The position numbers and the translations under genes were made by a program. From contig JAZOWN010000055.1 of the NCBI GenBank assembly GCA_045659245.1, positions 4,543 to 68,542 of the forward strand: a DNA stretch of 64,000 nucleotides, read 5' to 3'. Below are positions 36,335 through 47,100 of this stretch, in pieces. The notes under the pieces are model-generated. The model did no database searches and was not told the origin of the DNA. It saw only the letters and a list, made by a program, of their open reading frames with translations. The stretch is from Eubacteriales bacterium (GTDB lineage Bacteria; Bacillota; Clostridia; Oscillospirales; CAG-272). The stretch's first letter is position 1. Each line of letters starts with the position of its first letter.

Positions 36335-37414
36335 ATGAAGTATAACGAAATAAGAAGAAAAACGAGAAAAATAAAGATCGGGAACACTGTTATTGGCGGA
36401 AACGCTCCTATTGCAATTCAGTCGATGACCAATACCGATACTCACGATGCAAAAGCGACCTGTGAGCAGATACTTGCACTACAAGGGGCTGGCTGCGATA
36501 TTGTCAGAATTACCGTTCCCGATATTGAAGCGGCGGAAACAATAACGTATATCAAAGAGCAGGGGATCACTATTCCGATCGTTGCGGATATACACTTTGA
36601 CTACCGCGTGGCGCTTCGCTGTGCGGAGCTGGGCGTAGATAAAATACGCATAAATCCCGGCAATATTGGCGATGACGATAGAGTAAAAGCCGTTTGTAAC
36701 GCTTGTAAGTCAAGAAACATACCGATACGAATTGGTGTAAACGGCGGCTCACTTGAAAAGGAAATATTGGCAAAGTACGGCGCGCCGACTCCCGAAGCAC
36801 TCGTGGAGAGCGCTATGTATCACGTTTCCTTACTCGAAAAATTTGATTTTTATGACACCGTTGTTTCTATGAAAGTGTCCGATCCCTATAAAATGATACT
36901 TGCCAATAAGCTGCTCGCAGAGCGTTGTGACTACCCCTTGCATCTCGGTGTTACGGAGGCAGGCGGCAGGGAGCGCGGCTCAATTAAAAGCGCCGTTGGG
37001 ATTGGCGCGCTTCTTTGCGAGGGTATTGGCGACACAATAAGAGTTTCGCTTACCGACGATCCCGTAGAGGAGATAAAGGCGTCAAAGCAGATATTGCAGG
37101 CTATTGACATCGAGGGACAATCGGGAATGGACATAGTAAGCTGTCCTACCTGCGGCAGAACGAAAATAGACCTTATACCGATAGTTGCTGAGTTCGAAAG
37201 GGTTGCAGAGCGCGAGGGTCTTCTTGACGCACCCATTAAGGTCGCTATTATGGGATGCGTTGTAAACGGTCCAGGAGAGGCGAAAGAAGCGGATATAGGA
37301 ATTGCGGGCGGCAAGGGTGAGGCAGTTCTTATTAAAAAAGGTGAAATTATAAGAAAAATATCGGAAGCCGATATTGTTTCGTGTCTTATAAACGAAATAA
37401 AGCAAATGATATAA
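36335..37414 (+). CDS. ispG: 4-hydroxy-3-methylbut-2-en-1-yl diphosphate synthase (flavodoxin)
   Basis: PIAIQSMTNT, DIVRITVP, RINPGNIG, SCPTCGRT, GCVVNGPGE. Confidence 0.9.
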   Translation: MKYNEIRRKTRKIKIGNTVIGGNAPIAIQSMTNTDTHDAKATCEQILALQGAGCDIVRITVPDIEAAETITYIKEQGITIPIVADIHFDYRVALRCAELGVDKIRINPGNIGDDDRVKAVCNACKSRNIPIRIGVNGGSLEKEILAKYGAPTPEALVESAMYHVSLLEKFDFYDTVVSMKVSDPYKMILANKLLAERCDYPLHLGVTEAGGRERGSIKSAVGIGALLCEGIGDTIRVSLTDDPVEEIKASKQILQAIDIEGQSGMDIVSCPTCGRTKIDLIPIVAEFERVAEREGLLDAPIKVAIMGCVVNGPGEAKEADIGIAGGKGEAVLIKKGEIIRKISEADIVSCLINEIKQMI

Positions 37415-37432
37415 AAAACGCAGGAGCTTGAT

Positions 37433-40400
37433 ATGGCCCAAAAAACTTTAAAAGAGCTTTTAAATAAATATCTTCCGCCTCCCGAATACGAGTCCGTATT
37501 GGAGTCGGGAACCGTTTCGCGCTCCCGAATTGATAAGGAAAAGCGAATTCTTGAGGTGTTTGCGGATTTTGATAGTATAATATCTAAGGACAAGCTATAC
37601 GATATTGAGGCGCAGGTCACGGAAGCCTACAAGCTTTCGTTCTTCAGACTTTTTCCTCATTATCCGAGTTCGCTCTTTAAATATGAATATATTCCCGAGG
37701 TGCTCCGTCAAACCGAGCGCGTTGGTTGTGTCGCAAAGGGCTTTTTTAACGACTGTACTTACGTTTTGGACAGCGATACGCTGAAAATCAAAATTGCTTT
37801 TTCCGAAAATGGGGTGATTTTGCTTGAAAGAGCGGAAACACCGAGAATTATAGAGGGTATAATCAAAAGCGAGTTTGATATAGCGATAAGTGTTGTTATT
37901 GAGCATGACAAGTATAGCTCGCTCGAACTTTCTGAGACCCAAAAAGGGCGCCTTGAAGCTTACGACAGACAGATACTTGAAGCAGAGAAAAATTACGGAA
38001 GCCGTGGCTTTGAGTCGTTCGGCGACTCGCCCAAGACTGCAGAGGAGCAGATACAGAAGCTGCCGCGAATCAGCTCTGTTTTCAGTGAGGAAAACGCAAG
38101 CGTTAAAAAGGAAAACGGCATAATTACGATAGGCTGCCGCTCATTTGACGTTTCGACGCCCGAATATGTTTTAGGCACACGCTTTGAGATAAATCCCGTC
38201 CCGATCTCTACGGTAACAAGACCCGTGAGAAACGTAACCTTTGTCGGTGAGATATTTCAGTTTACAAAGGAAGCAAACAGAGCGGGAGATAAGTTTAATA
38301 TTACGTTTGCGATATTTGACGGCGACTCGTCGATATTCGTAAAGAGATATTCGCTTAGCGCCGAGGATGCGGGAGAAATATGCGCGGTAATTTCCAAGGG
38401 AAAATCGGTAGCGATACGCGGATACACAAAGGCAGAGCGAAATGATGCCGACGAGCTTTACATGAGCTTTTCCGACGTTGCCGTTATTTCTGCCGTAAAT
38501 CGTACGGATACCGCAGAAAAGAAGAGAGTAGAGCTTCATTTGCATACAAATATGTCGAGTATGGATGCTCTTATTCCCCCCGACGTTATAGTTAAGACCG
38601 CACAGAAGTGGGGACACTCCGCAGTTGCGATAACCGACCACGGAAACGTTCAGGGATTCCCTGCGGCAATGCTTGCGGCGGACAAATGCGGAATGAAGGT
38701 TATTTACGGTATGGAAGCGTACTTTGTAAATAATACCGCAAGCGCAGTCTTTGGTAAGTACGAGGGCGAATTTACCGATGAGATGGTAGTATTCGACATT
38801 GAGACTACGGGACTTTCCAAAAAGGACTGCAAGATAACTGAAATAGGCGCTGTAAAGATCAAGGACGGACAAATTATTGATAAATACAATACGTTTGTCA
38901 ACCCAATGTGCCATATTCCCGAGGAGATACAGGAGCTTACCTCTATAACCGATGAAATGGTGGCGGATGCACCGACGATAGATAAGGTTCTCCCCGAATT
39001 TTTGAACTTTGTCGGAGAGGGCTTGCTCGTTGCTCATAACGCCGATTTTGACACAGGCTTTATACGTGTTGCGGCAGACGAGTGCGGTATAGAATTTAAT
39101 AATCCGTACCTTGATACGCTTGCGCTGTCAAAGTATATAAATCCCGAAATGAAATCCCATAAGCTCAATATTTTGGCAAAGCACTATGAGCTTGAGGATT
39201 TCCACCATCACAGAGCGTGTGACGATGCAGAGATACTCGCAAAGATATACTTTGCGATGACCTCGCAGATGCACGAGATGGATATTACCAACTTTAAGGA
39301 TCTCGGAAACGAGATGCGTACAAAGGCAGATCCGCTTAATCTGCGCACGTATCACCAGATAATTCTCGTCAAGAATCAGACGGGACTTAAAAACCTCTAT
39401 AAACTCATATCCTCGAGCTACATAAAGTATTTCCACCGTTTTCCGAGAATACCCAAGACAGAGCTTGAGGCGCACCGTGAGGGGCTTATAATCGGCTCTG
39501 CGTGTGAGGCAGGAGAGCTTTTCAGGGCTATACTTGATAACAAGCCCGAAAAGGAGATAGAGGACATAGTTAATTTCTATGACTATCTTGAAATACAGCC
39601 TATATGCAATAACAGATTTTTGATAAACGAGGGTGTTGTTGCGGACGAGGAAGGACTTAGAGAGCTTAACCGACGTATTGTCGCGCTCGGAGAAAAGTAC
39701 GGAAAACCTGTTGTTGCAACGTGCGACGCTCATTTTCTTAATAAGGAAGACGAGATATTCAGAAAGATACTTCAAGCAGGTCTTAAATATAAGGATTTTG
39801 ACAGAGATATTCATTTGTATTTCAGAACCACCGAGGAAATGCTTGAGGAGTTTTCATATCTTGGTGAGGAAAAGGCTCGCGAGGTGGTAATTGACAATAC
39901 CAACCTTATCGCAGACATGATCGGCGACGTGCGCCCTATACCCAAGGGATCGTATACTCCTCACATGGAGGGCGCAGAGGAGGAGCTTCAGAAGCTTTGC
40001 TGGACAAAGGCGCGCTCAATGTACGGTGACGAATTACCTGAAATCGTAAAGAACCGTCTTGATAAGGAGCTTACCTCAATTATAAAGAACGGCTTTGCGG
40101 TTCTTTATATGATTGCGCAGAAGCTTGTTTGGTACAGTGAAAGTCAAGGGTATCTCGTAGGCTCGCGTGGCTCGGTAGGCTCGTCATTTGTTGCTACTAT
40201 GGCGGGAATTTCCGAGGTAAATCCGTTGCCGCCACACTATTATTGCCCGAATTGCCGTAACTCGGAGTTTTTTACCGACGGAACGGTGGGCTCGGGATTT
40301 GATCTGCCCGACGCAAACTGTCCTAAGTGCGGAACAAAATATTGTGCAGACGGTCACGATATTCCGTTTGAAACCTTCCTTGGCTTCTACGGAGATAAAT

Positions 40401-41824
40401 CTCCCGATATCGACCTTAACTTTTCGGGTGACGTTCAGGGCAAGGTGCATAAGTATACCGAGGAACTGTTTGGTGCTGAAAACGTGTTCCGCGCGGGAAC
40501 GCTTGGAACGCTTGCGGACAAGACCGCTTTTGGATTTATTGCAAAGTATTTTGAGCAAAAGGGCGTTAGCATAGGTAGAGCCGAAATGGAGCGCATGATA
40601 CAGAACTGTGTCGGCGTAAAACGCACTACCGGTCAGCACCCCGGCGGAATAATAGTTGTTCCGAGAGAATATGAGGTGTATGACTTTACTCCCGTACAGC
40701 ATCCCGCCGACGACCCACATTCGGATACAATTACTACGCACTTTGCGTTCTCTTATCTTCACGATACGATCCTTAAGCTTGACGAGCTTGGACACGATAT
40801 TCCGACCAAATATAAGTATCTCGAGCGCTTTTCGGATACGAGCGTAATGGACGTTCCAATGAATGACCCCGAGGTTTACGAGCTGTTTGCTTCAACCAGA
40901 CCTCTCGGTGTCACCCCAGAGGATATTGATTCGCAGATAGGTACGTTTGGCTTGCCCGAGTTTGGTACGCGCTTTTTGCAGCAGGTGCTTATAGAGGCAA
41001 AGCCTAAAAATTTCGCGGATCTTTTACAGATTTCGGGACTTACGCATGGAACGGACGTTTGGCTCGGCAACGCGCAGGATCTGATCAAAGAGGGTATTTG
41101 CGATATTTCGCAGGTTATCGGAACACGTGACGGTATCATGCTTGACCTTATCAGATACGGTCTTGAAAACGCACTTGCATTTAAGATAATGGAGAGCGTA
41201 AGAAAGGGAAGAGGCTTGACTCCCGAGTGGGAAGCGGAAATGCGCGCCCACAACGTTCCCGAATGGTATATCGGCTCTTGTAAGAAGATAAAATACATGT
41301 TCCCCAAGGCGCACGCAGCGGCTTACGTTATGTCCGCTATCCGTCTTGGTTGGTATAAGGTCCATATACCGATCGCGTTTTATTGCTCGATGTTTACCGT
41401 TGCACCCGGCGCGTTTGACGCAGAGGTCGTTATGCGCGGAAGAAGCGGTGTCATGGCAACCATTAAGGATATAGAAAAACGCGGAAAGGAAGCTTCTCCT
41501 AAGGAACAAAGCTCTATTCCTGTGCTTCAGCTTATAAACGAATGTATGGCTCGCGGCATCAGATTTTTGCCGATAGATATTGAAAAGTCCGATTCTTATA
41601 TATTCTTACCGGAAAACGGAGCGATACGTATGCCGTTTTCTGCGCTCCCGGGACTTGGTGAGAATGCGGCAATAAATATTATCGAGGCGAGAAAAGAAGA
41701 AAAATTCTTCTCAGTTGACGACTTGAGAATACGCGCAAAGCTTACAAAGAGCGTTATAGAAATATTGCGTAAAAACCACGTATTGGACAACCTTAACGAG
41801 ACGGATCAGTTATCGTTTTTCTAA
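37433..41824 (+). CDS. polC: DNA polymerase III PolC-type (Gram-positive replicative polymerase with built-in 3'-5' exonuclease)
   Basis: 1463 aa. PHP block VELHLHTNMSSMDA, DEDDh exonuclease motifs VVFDIETTGLS, AHNADFD and HRACDDA, Zn-finger CPNC...CPKCG, and polymerase core PDIDLNFSG. Confidence 0.95.
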   Translation: MAQKTLKELLNKYLPPPEYESVLESGTVSRSRIDKEKRILEVFADFDSIISKDKLYDIEAQVTEAYKLSFFRLFPHYPSSLFKYEYIPEVLRQTERVGCVAKGFFNDCTYVLDSDTLKIKIAFSENGVILLERAETPRIIEGIIKSEFDIAISVVIEHDKYSSLELSETQKGRLEAYDRQILEAEKNYGSRGFESFGDSPKTAEEQIQKLPRISSVFSEENASVKKENGIITIGCRSFDVSTPEYVLGTRFEINPVPISTVTRPVRNVTFVGEIFQFTKEANRAGDKFNITFAIFDGDSSIFVKRYSLSAEDAGEICAVISKGKSVAIRGYTKAERNDADELYMSFSDVAVISAVNRTDTAEKKRVELHLHTNMSSMDALIPPDVIVKTAQKWGHSAVAITDHGNVQGFPAAMLAADKCGMKVIYGMEAYFVNNTASAVFGKYEGEFTDEMVVFDIETTGLSKKDCKITEIGAVKIKDGQIIDKYNTFVNPMCHIPEEIQELTSITDEMVADAPTIDKVLPEFLNFVGEGLLVAHNADFDTGFIRVAADECGIEFNNPYLDTLALSKYINPEMKSHKLNILAKHYELEDFHHHRACDDAEILAKIYFAMTSQMHEMDITNFKDLGNEMRTKADPLNLRTYHQIILVKNQTGLKNLYKLISSSYIKYFHRFPRIPKTELEAHREGLIIGSACEAGELFRAILDNKPEKEIEDIVNFYDYLEIQPICNNRFLINEGVVADEEGLRELNRRIVALGEKYGKPVVATCDAHFLNKEDEIFRKILQAGLKYKDFDRDIHLYFRTTEEMLEEFSYLGEEKAREVVIDNTNLIADMIGDVRPIPKGSYTPHMEGAEEELQKLCWTKARSMYGDELPEIVKNRLDKELTSIIKNGFAVLYMIAQKLVWYSESQGYLVGSRGSVGSSFVATMAGISEVNPLPPHYYCPNCRNSEFFTDGTVGSGFDLPDANCPKCGTKYCADGHDIPFETFLGFYGDKSPDIDLNFSGDVQGKVHKYTEELFGAENVFRAGTLGTLADKTAFGFIAKYFEQKGVSIGRAEMERMIQNCVGVKRTTGQHPGGIIVVPREYEVYDFTPVQHPADDPHSDTITTHFAFSYLHDTILKLDELGHDIPTKYKYLERFSDTSVMDVPMNDPEVYELFASTRPLGVTPEDIDSQIGTFGLPEFGTRFLQQVLIEAKPKNFADLLQISGLTHGTDVWLGNAQDLIKEGICDISQVIGTRDGIMLDLIRYGLENALAFKIMESVRKGRGLTPEWEAEMRAHNVPEWYIGSCKKIKYMFPKAHAAAYVMSAIRLGWYKVHIPIAFYCSMFTVAPGAFDAEVVMRGRSGVMATIKDIEKRGKEASPKEQSSIPVLQLINECMARGIRFLPIDIEKSDSYIFLPENGAIRMPFSALPGLGENAAINIIEARKEEKFFSVDDLRIRAKLTKSVIEILRKNHVLDNLNETDQLSFF

Positions 41825-41850
41825 AAAACATCAAAAAGGAGGGAATAAAA

Positions 41851-44106
41851 ATGAAGAGGATAATATGCGTTTTCTTGTGTATCATTTTTTGTGCTTCCGT
41901 TTTTATGCCCTCCGCTTTTGCCACGGAGGCTGTGGATACGGAAAGCGAGATGAGCGCCGATGCTTTTCTCGGCGCTGTCACGTTTTCCTGCATTCTTGAC
42001 GCTGAAAATAATCAAGTACTCATTTCGGGAACAGTTCGTCACGACTTTATGATAAGCCACCCCGATTATGAAATACACATATATTCGGCAGCCCCCTCCG
42101 AAGACGTTCAAAGGGCAGTTACGGCTGACGGCGTGCTTCCGTTGGCTAAAACCTCTATGTCTGTAAGATTTACGTTTTACATAGAAATTGAGAGTGCAGT
42201 TGACAGATTTTCAAATTATGCGGTCGTATTATCTTCGCCCGAGGGAGAAAACTTCCTTGCGGCAGAGCCGCTTATGCCTGCAGTTGCATCAACGTATCAA
42301 GACGTCGCCGACGACCGTTCTCATTTCAAAGGAATTTATACAGACAGTGGAATTTCCATTATAGACAAGGGAATAGGTACCGCTGTTATAGACGTTGACT
42401 TTAATTTGCTTAAAGGTGATGCGGCAGACAGTATTGTACATACCGTAAAAAATTCCTCTTACTTAATAAGAAGATCCTACGTTGATAAGCTTGACAACGC
42501 GATCTTATCGGCATCTCTTAATAAATGTAACGTTTATTTGAGATTTTTATATCACTCCGACGTCGATGCAACTAAATGCGCGCTTCCGTCTCTTTATACT
42601 TACGAGGAGCTTGAATACGTATACGCTTTGGCTGAATTTCTTGCTAACAGATACGTACAGGATAAGGGAAGCATTGCGGGGATCGTTGTCGGAATGAGCG
42701 CAGATGACATTGAAACTGTAAATTATATCGGGAATATGTCGGTTGACGAATATTGTGACCTTTATGCGTTTTACGTTTCTGTTCTCGCGAGTGCGGTAAG
42801 ACAGGCGACACCGAGCGCCGATGTGGTTATCCCCGTATCTGACAAAAATGATTATACCTACGACGGTTACGGCGACTTGGCGCTTTCTCCAAGCAAGCTT
42901 TTAAACAACGTTATAAGTGCCTTGGACAGAAGCTTTTCTCAAGAATTTAACTGTTCGGTTATGATTGAATCTAAATCTGTGCCATTCGGTATAGACGGAA
43001 AGATGCTTGCTGACGGTATTGACACGGAAAATATTGATGATAGTCGTATTGGCGCGTATAACGTGTCCGCTTTTTTGGGATATTTAAATTCTCTGCGAGC
43101 GAGTCACGAAAGCGCACCTATCTCTGTGATGTACATGTGGCACGCTGACGGAGCGCTTGAGGGCAATGCGCTTTCGTGCGCTTACGTATATAACTATTTG
43201 AAGCTGCTTCAAAGCAAAGAAATATCCTGCTTTTTACTTCAAACGGATAAAAGCAGTCAGGATAATGATATTTCTACCTTGATCAAGCTTATTGATACTC
43301 CAAATGCCGCAGAGCAGATGGATTCTTTGCTTGAATATTTCAAGGAAGATTCATGGAACGACATGCTGTCCGAAAACGTCTCTATCCCAGCCTTTGGGAA
43401 AATTTGGAGTAAGACGTTTTATGAGGAAAAGCCCCAAAACATAAAGGGAAGCTTCGCTTATATGGATTTTGCCGTTGCCTCGGACTTTAACAGTATTGTA
43501 ACGGGTGAGAATTGCTCGTCTGTTCTTTCCGATCAGGATTCCGATGAATTCAGAGCACTTCGCGCGGTATCTATGCCGTTAGAGATAGGACAGTCTACAC
43601 AGATAATCGGCAGATTAAAATATCCCGAAAGTTATTCTTATACCTCTGTAATGTCGATCACCATAGAGGCGGAAGACACATCTGCGTCCGACGACGCGCT
43701 CTATGAGGTTACACTAACCGTAGGAGAGCAAAAAAACAGGCTTGTCGCAAAGGGAATACTCAAAAACGGAGCAAGAACAGAGCTGTACTTTGACGTTTCC
43801 GACTATGCACAGGAAAACCTTGCAGAGTATTTAACGGTAAGCGTTAAAAGTCTTACGGAAAAATCAAGCTCGCTTTCAGTTTGGGTGCACGACGTAAAGG
43901 GATTTAGTACTGAATATTCCACAGAGGAGCTCGAAACGCTTATCAGCGCCAAGCGTCAGGAGTTACGAAATCTCGACGAAACTGACGACAGCGGATTTGA
44001 CTATAAAATTATTTTAATAATTATAGGTGTTACGTTTGCGGCGTTTGCCTTGGGTGTAGTGCTTATGATCCTGTTCAGACGTGACGATACGTCAAAGAAA
44101 GAATAG
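41851..44106 (+). CDS. hypothetical secreted protein, C-terminally membrane-anchored (signal peptide, ~690-aa ectodomain, TM, short charged tail)
   Basis: Signal peptide MKRIICVFLCIIFCASVFMPSAFA|TEAV. C-terminal TM IILIIIGVTFAAFALGVVLMILF followed by RRDDTSKKE. Strong Shine-Dalgarno AAAGGAGGG. No catalytic motif I can name. Confidence 0.6.
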   Translation: MKRIICVFLCIIFCASVFMPSAFATEAVDTESEMSADAFLGAVTFSCILDAENNQVLISGTVRHDFMISHPDYEIHIYSAAPSEDVQRAVTADGVLPLAKTSMSVRFTFYIEIESAVDRFSNYAVVLSSPEGENFLAAEPLMPAVASTYQDVADDRSHFKGIYTDSGISIIDKGIGTAVIDVDFNLLKGDAADSIVHTVKNSSYLIRRSYVDKLDNAILSASLNKCNVYLRFLYHSDVDATKCALPSLYTYEELEYVYALAEFLANRYVQDKGSIAGIVVGMSADDIETVNYIGNMSVDEYCDLYAFYVSVLASAVRQATPSADVVIPVSDKNDYTYDGYGDLALSPSKLLNNVISALDRSFSQEFNCSVMIESKSVPFGIDGKMLADGIDTENIDDSRIGAYNVSAFLGYLNSLRASHESAPISVMYMWHADGALEGNALSCAYVYNYLKLLQSKEISCFLLQTDKSSQDNDISTLIKLIDTPNAAEQMDSLLEYFKEDSWNDMLSENVSIPAFGKIWSKTFYEEKPQNIKGSFAYMDFAVASDFNSIVTGENCSSVLSDQDSDEFRALRAVSMPLEIGQSTQIIGRLKYPESYSYTSVMSITIEAEDTSASDDALYEVTLTVGEQKNRLVAKGILKNGARTELYFDVSDYAQENLAEYLTVSVKSLTEKSSSLSVWVHDVKGFSTEYSTEELETLISAKRQELRNLDETDDSGFDYKIILIIIGVTFAAFALGVVLMILFRRDDTSKKE

Positions 44107-44129
44107 ATTTAAAATTTTATGAAAGGGCG

Positions 44130-47100
44130 GTGACGGATGTGTCCGAATTTGTACATCTTCATCTTCATAGCGAATACAGCTTGCTTGACGGTGCTTGTAG
44201 AATAAGCGACATACCCGTCAGAGCCAAAGAATGCGGACATACCGCGGTAGCCTTGACCGATCACGGAGTAATGTACGGCGCTGTAAGCTTTTACAGGGCA
44301 TGCATCAAGGAAGGTATTAAGCCGATAATCGGATGCGAGGTCTACATTGCGTCGGGGTCGAGATTCGACAAAACCGTATATTCCGACGGAAACGGTAAGT
44401 ATAATCACCTTGTGCTTTTGTGCAAAAACGAGGTGGGTTACAGAAATCTCATATATCTCGTATCAAAGTCGTTTACCGAAGGATTTTACTCCAAGCCCCG
44501 TATAGATATGGAGCTTTTAAAAGCTCATTCCGAGGGCTTGATCGCGCTCTCCGCGTGTCTTGCGGGAAAGATCCCCTCGCTTTTGTCTGCGGGAGATTAT
44601 AATGCCGCAGTTGAGTATGCCAAGGAGCTTTCGTCGATATTTGGCAAGGATAATTTTTATATAGAGCTTCAAAATCATGGTCTGAGCGAGCAGCTTCAGA
44701 TCTTACCGCAGCTTGTAAGACTTGCGGAAGAGTGCTCTCTGCCGCTTGTTGCTACCAATGACTGTCACTATTTGCGCCGCGAAAACGCGACCACACAAGC
44801 GGTGCTTATGTGCATACAAACGAATAACGTTATAACCGACGGCAGACCTATCGGCTTTGAGGTAGACGAATTTTACTATAAAAATACTGCTGAGATGAAG
44901 ATGCTTTTCGGTAAGTATCAGGGCGCAATTGAAAACACGGTTAAAATTGCGGATATGTGTAATTTTGAGTTTTCCTTTGACGAGCCTAAGCTTCCTACCT
45001 ATAAAACACCCGACGGACTTTCGTCGTCGAAATATCTGCGCTCTCTTGTATTTAAAGGTATTGAACGGCGCTTGGCGGACGGCTCGCTCGTATTTGAGCC
45101 GCAAGGTGAAAAAGCGTATCTTGAGCGCATTGAATATGAGCTTTCCGTTATCTCCGACATGGGATATGACGACTACTTTTTGATAGTTCAGGATTACGTC
45201 GCGTTCGCAAAATCAAGGGATATTCCCGTAGGTCCAGGCAGAGGCTCGGGAGCTGGCAGCCTTGTTGCGTTTCTTATAGGAATTACCGACGTTGATTCTA
45301 TAAAATTCGACTTGCTTTTCGAGAGGTTTCTTAACCCCGAGAGAGTTAGTATGCCCGATATTGATATTGACTTTTGCTATAACCGCCGAGACGAGGTCAT
45401 ACAGTATATGTATGACAAATACGGGAGCGACCACGTCTCGCAGATCATAGCCTACGGTACGCTTGCCGCGCGTGCGGCGATACGTGACGTCGGCAGAGCA
45501 CTCGGTATGACGTATGCAGATGTCGATCCCGTTGCGAGAGCCGTGCCGCACGAGCTTGGAATGACGCTTAAGGATGCGTTAAAGCTTCCCGAGCTTAAAA
45601 CGCTTTACGAAAGCTCGGAGCCGGTAAAAAGACTTGTTGATACCGCAATGGAAATAGAGGGAATGCCGAGAAATATCACGGTTCACGCGGCAGGTCTTGT
45701 CGTAACGGATGAGCCGATAGCGAAATACGTGCCCCTTGCCGTGAGCAATAGCGCGATAGTTACGCAGTTCGATATGGATACGATAGCACAGCTCGGACTT
45801 CTCAAATTTGACTTTTTGGCGCTTCGTTACCTTACAATAATGAACGATGCTTGTTCTTTTGTTAAGGAAATCAATCCGGATTTTAATATTTCAGCCGTTC
45901 CTTATGACGATAAAGCAACCTACGATCTTATCTCGTCGGGAGCTACATTGGGTGTATTTCAGCTTGAATCCTCCGGTATGCGCCAGATGCTCTCCGAGCT
46001 TCGTCCCGAGCGTTTTGACGATATAATAGCGGCAATTGCCTTGTACAGACCGGGGCCCATGGACTCTATACCTAAATATATAGAGTCGCGCCACAATTCG
46101 GATAAAATATCGTATGACCACCCATTGCTTGAGCCGATACTGAGATCCACCTACGGATGTATCGTATATCAAGAGCAGGTAATGAGTGTTTTCCGCGAAA
46201 TGGCGGGATATACCTACGGCCACGCAGATGTAGTAAGACGTGCGATGTCCAAGAAAAAGGCAGACGTTCTTAACGCAGAATATGAAAGCTTCATTTTGGG
46301 CGCAAAGGAACGAGGCGTTGACGAAACGCTTGCGGGAAAGATATTTAACGATATTTCTTCCTTTGCAAATTATGCGTTCAATAAGAGCCATGCGGCGGCA
46401 TACGCAGTTATATCATACAGAACTGCATATTTGAAAGCGCATTATCCGTGCGAGTATATGGCGGCACTTATGACGTCGGTGCTTGGAAATCTTACTAAGC
46501 TTGCTGAATATATCACCGAATGCGGCAGATTCGGAATCAAGGTCTTACCGCCCGATATAAACGAGAGCCGTACGTATTTTCACCCGAATAACGGAAATAT
46601 CGTTTTTGGACTTCTTGCACTCAAAAACGTCGGAAAGCAGTTCGTTGAAAATATAATTCGCGAGCGTACGGGCGCGCCGTTTGCCGATTTCGAGGATTTC
46701 GTACAGAGAATGTCCGATTACGATATAAACAAGCGCATGGTTGAGGGGCTTATAAAAGCCGGTGCGTTTGATAAGCTGGGAACGTATAGAAGCAGGTTGC
46801 TTTCGTCGTACGAGCGGCTTATTGATATTCGTACTGAGAAAAACAGGAGCAATATTTCGGGACAGCTTGATATGTTCTCGTCTGCCTTTTCGTCGGGTAA
46901 CGCAGAGATAGCCCCAAAGTTTGAGTATCCCAACGTTCCTGATTTTTCCCTCAAGGAAAAGCTGATGCTTGAAAAGGAGAGCTCGGGAATGTATTTCTCG
47001 GGACACATGATCGATAGCTATTCCGCACACGTAGAAAGCCTCAACGTGACGGAAATTGCAGAGCTTTTAGATGCAGAAGCTGTAAAAGAGAAGCAAGCGG

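Noticed and set aside
38171-39037. 288-aa minus-strand ORF (also 39128..39814 and 40184..40795) inside polC
   Set aside because: All three are antisense to polC, they have no recognisable motifs, and polC reads through continuously with all of its domains.
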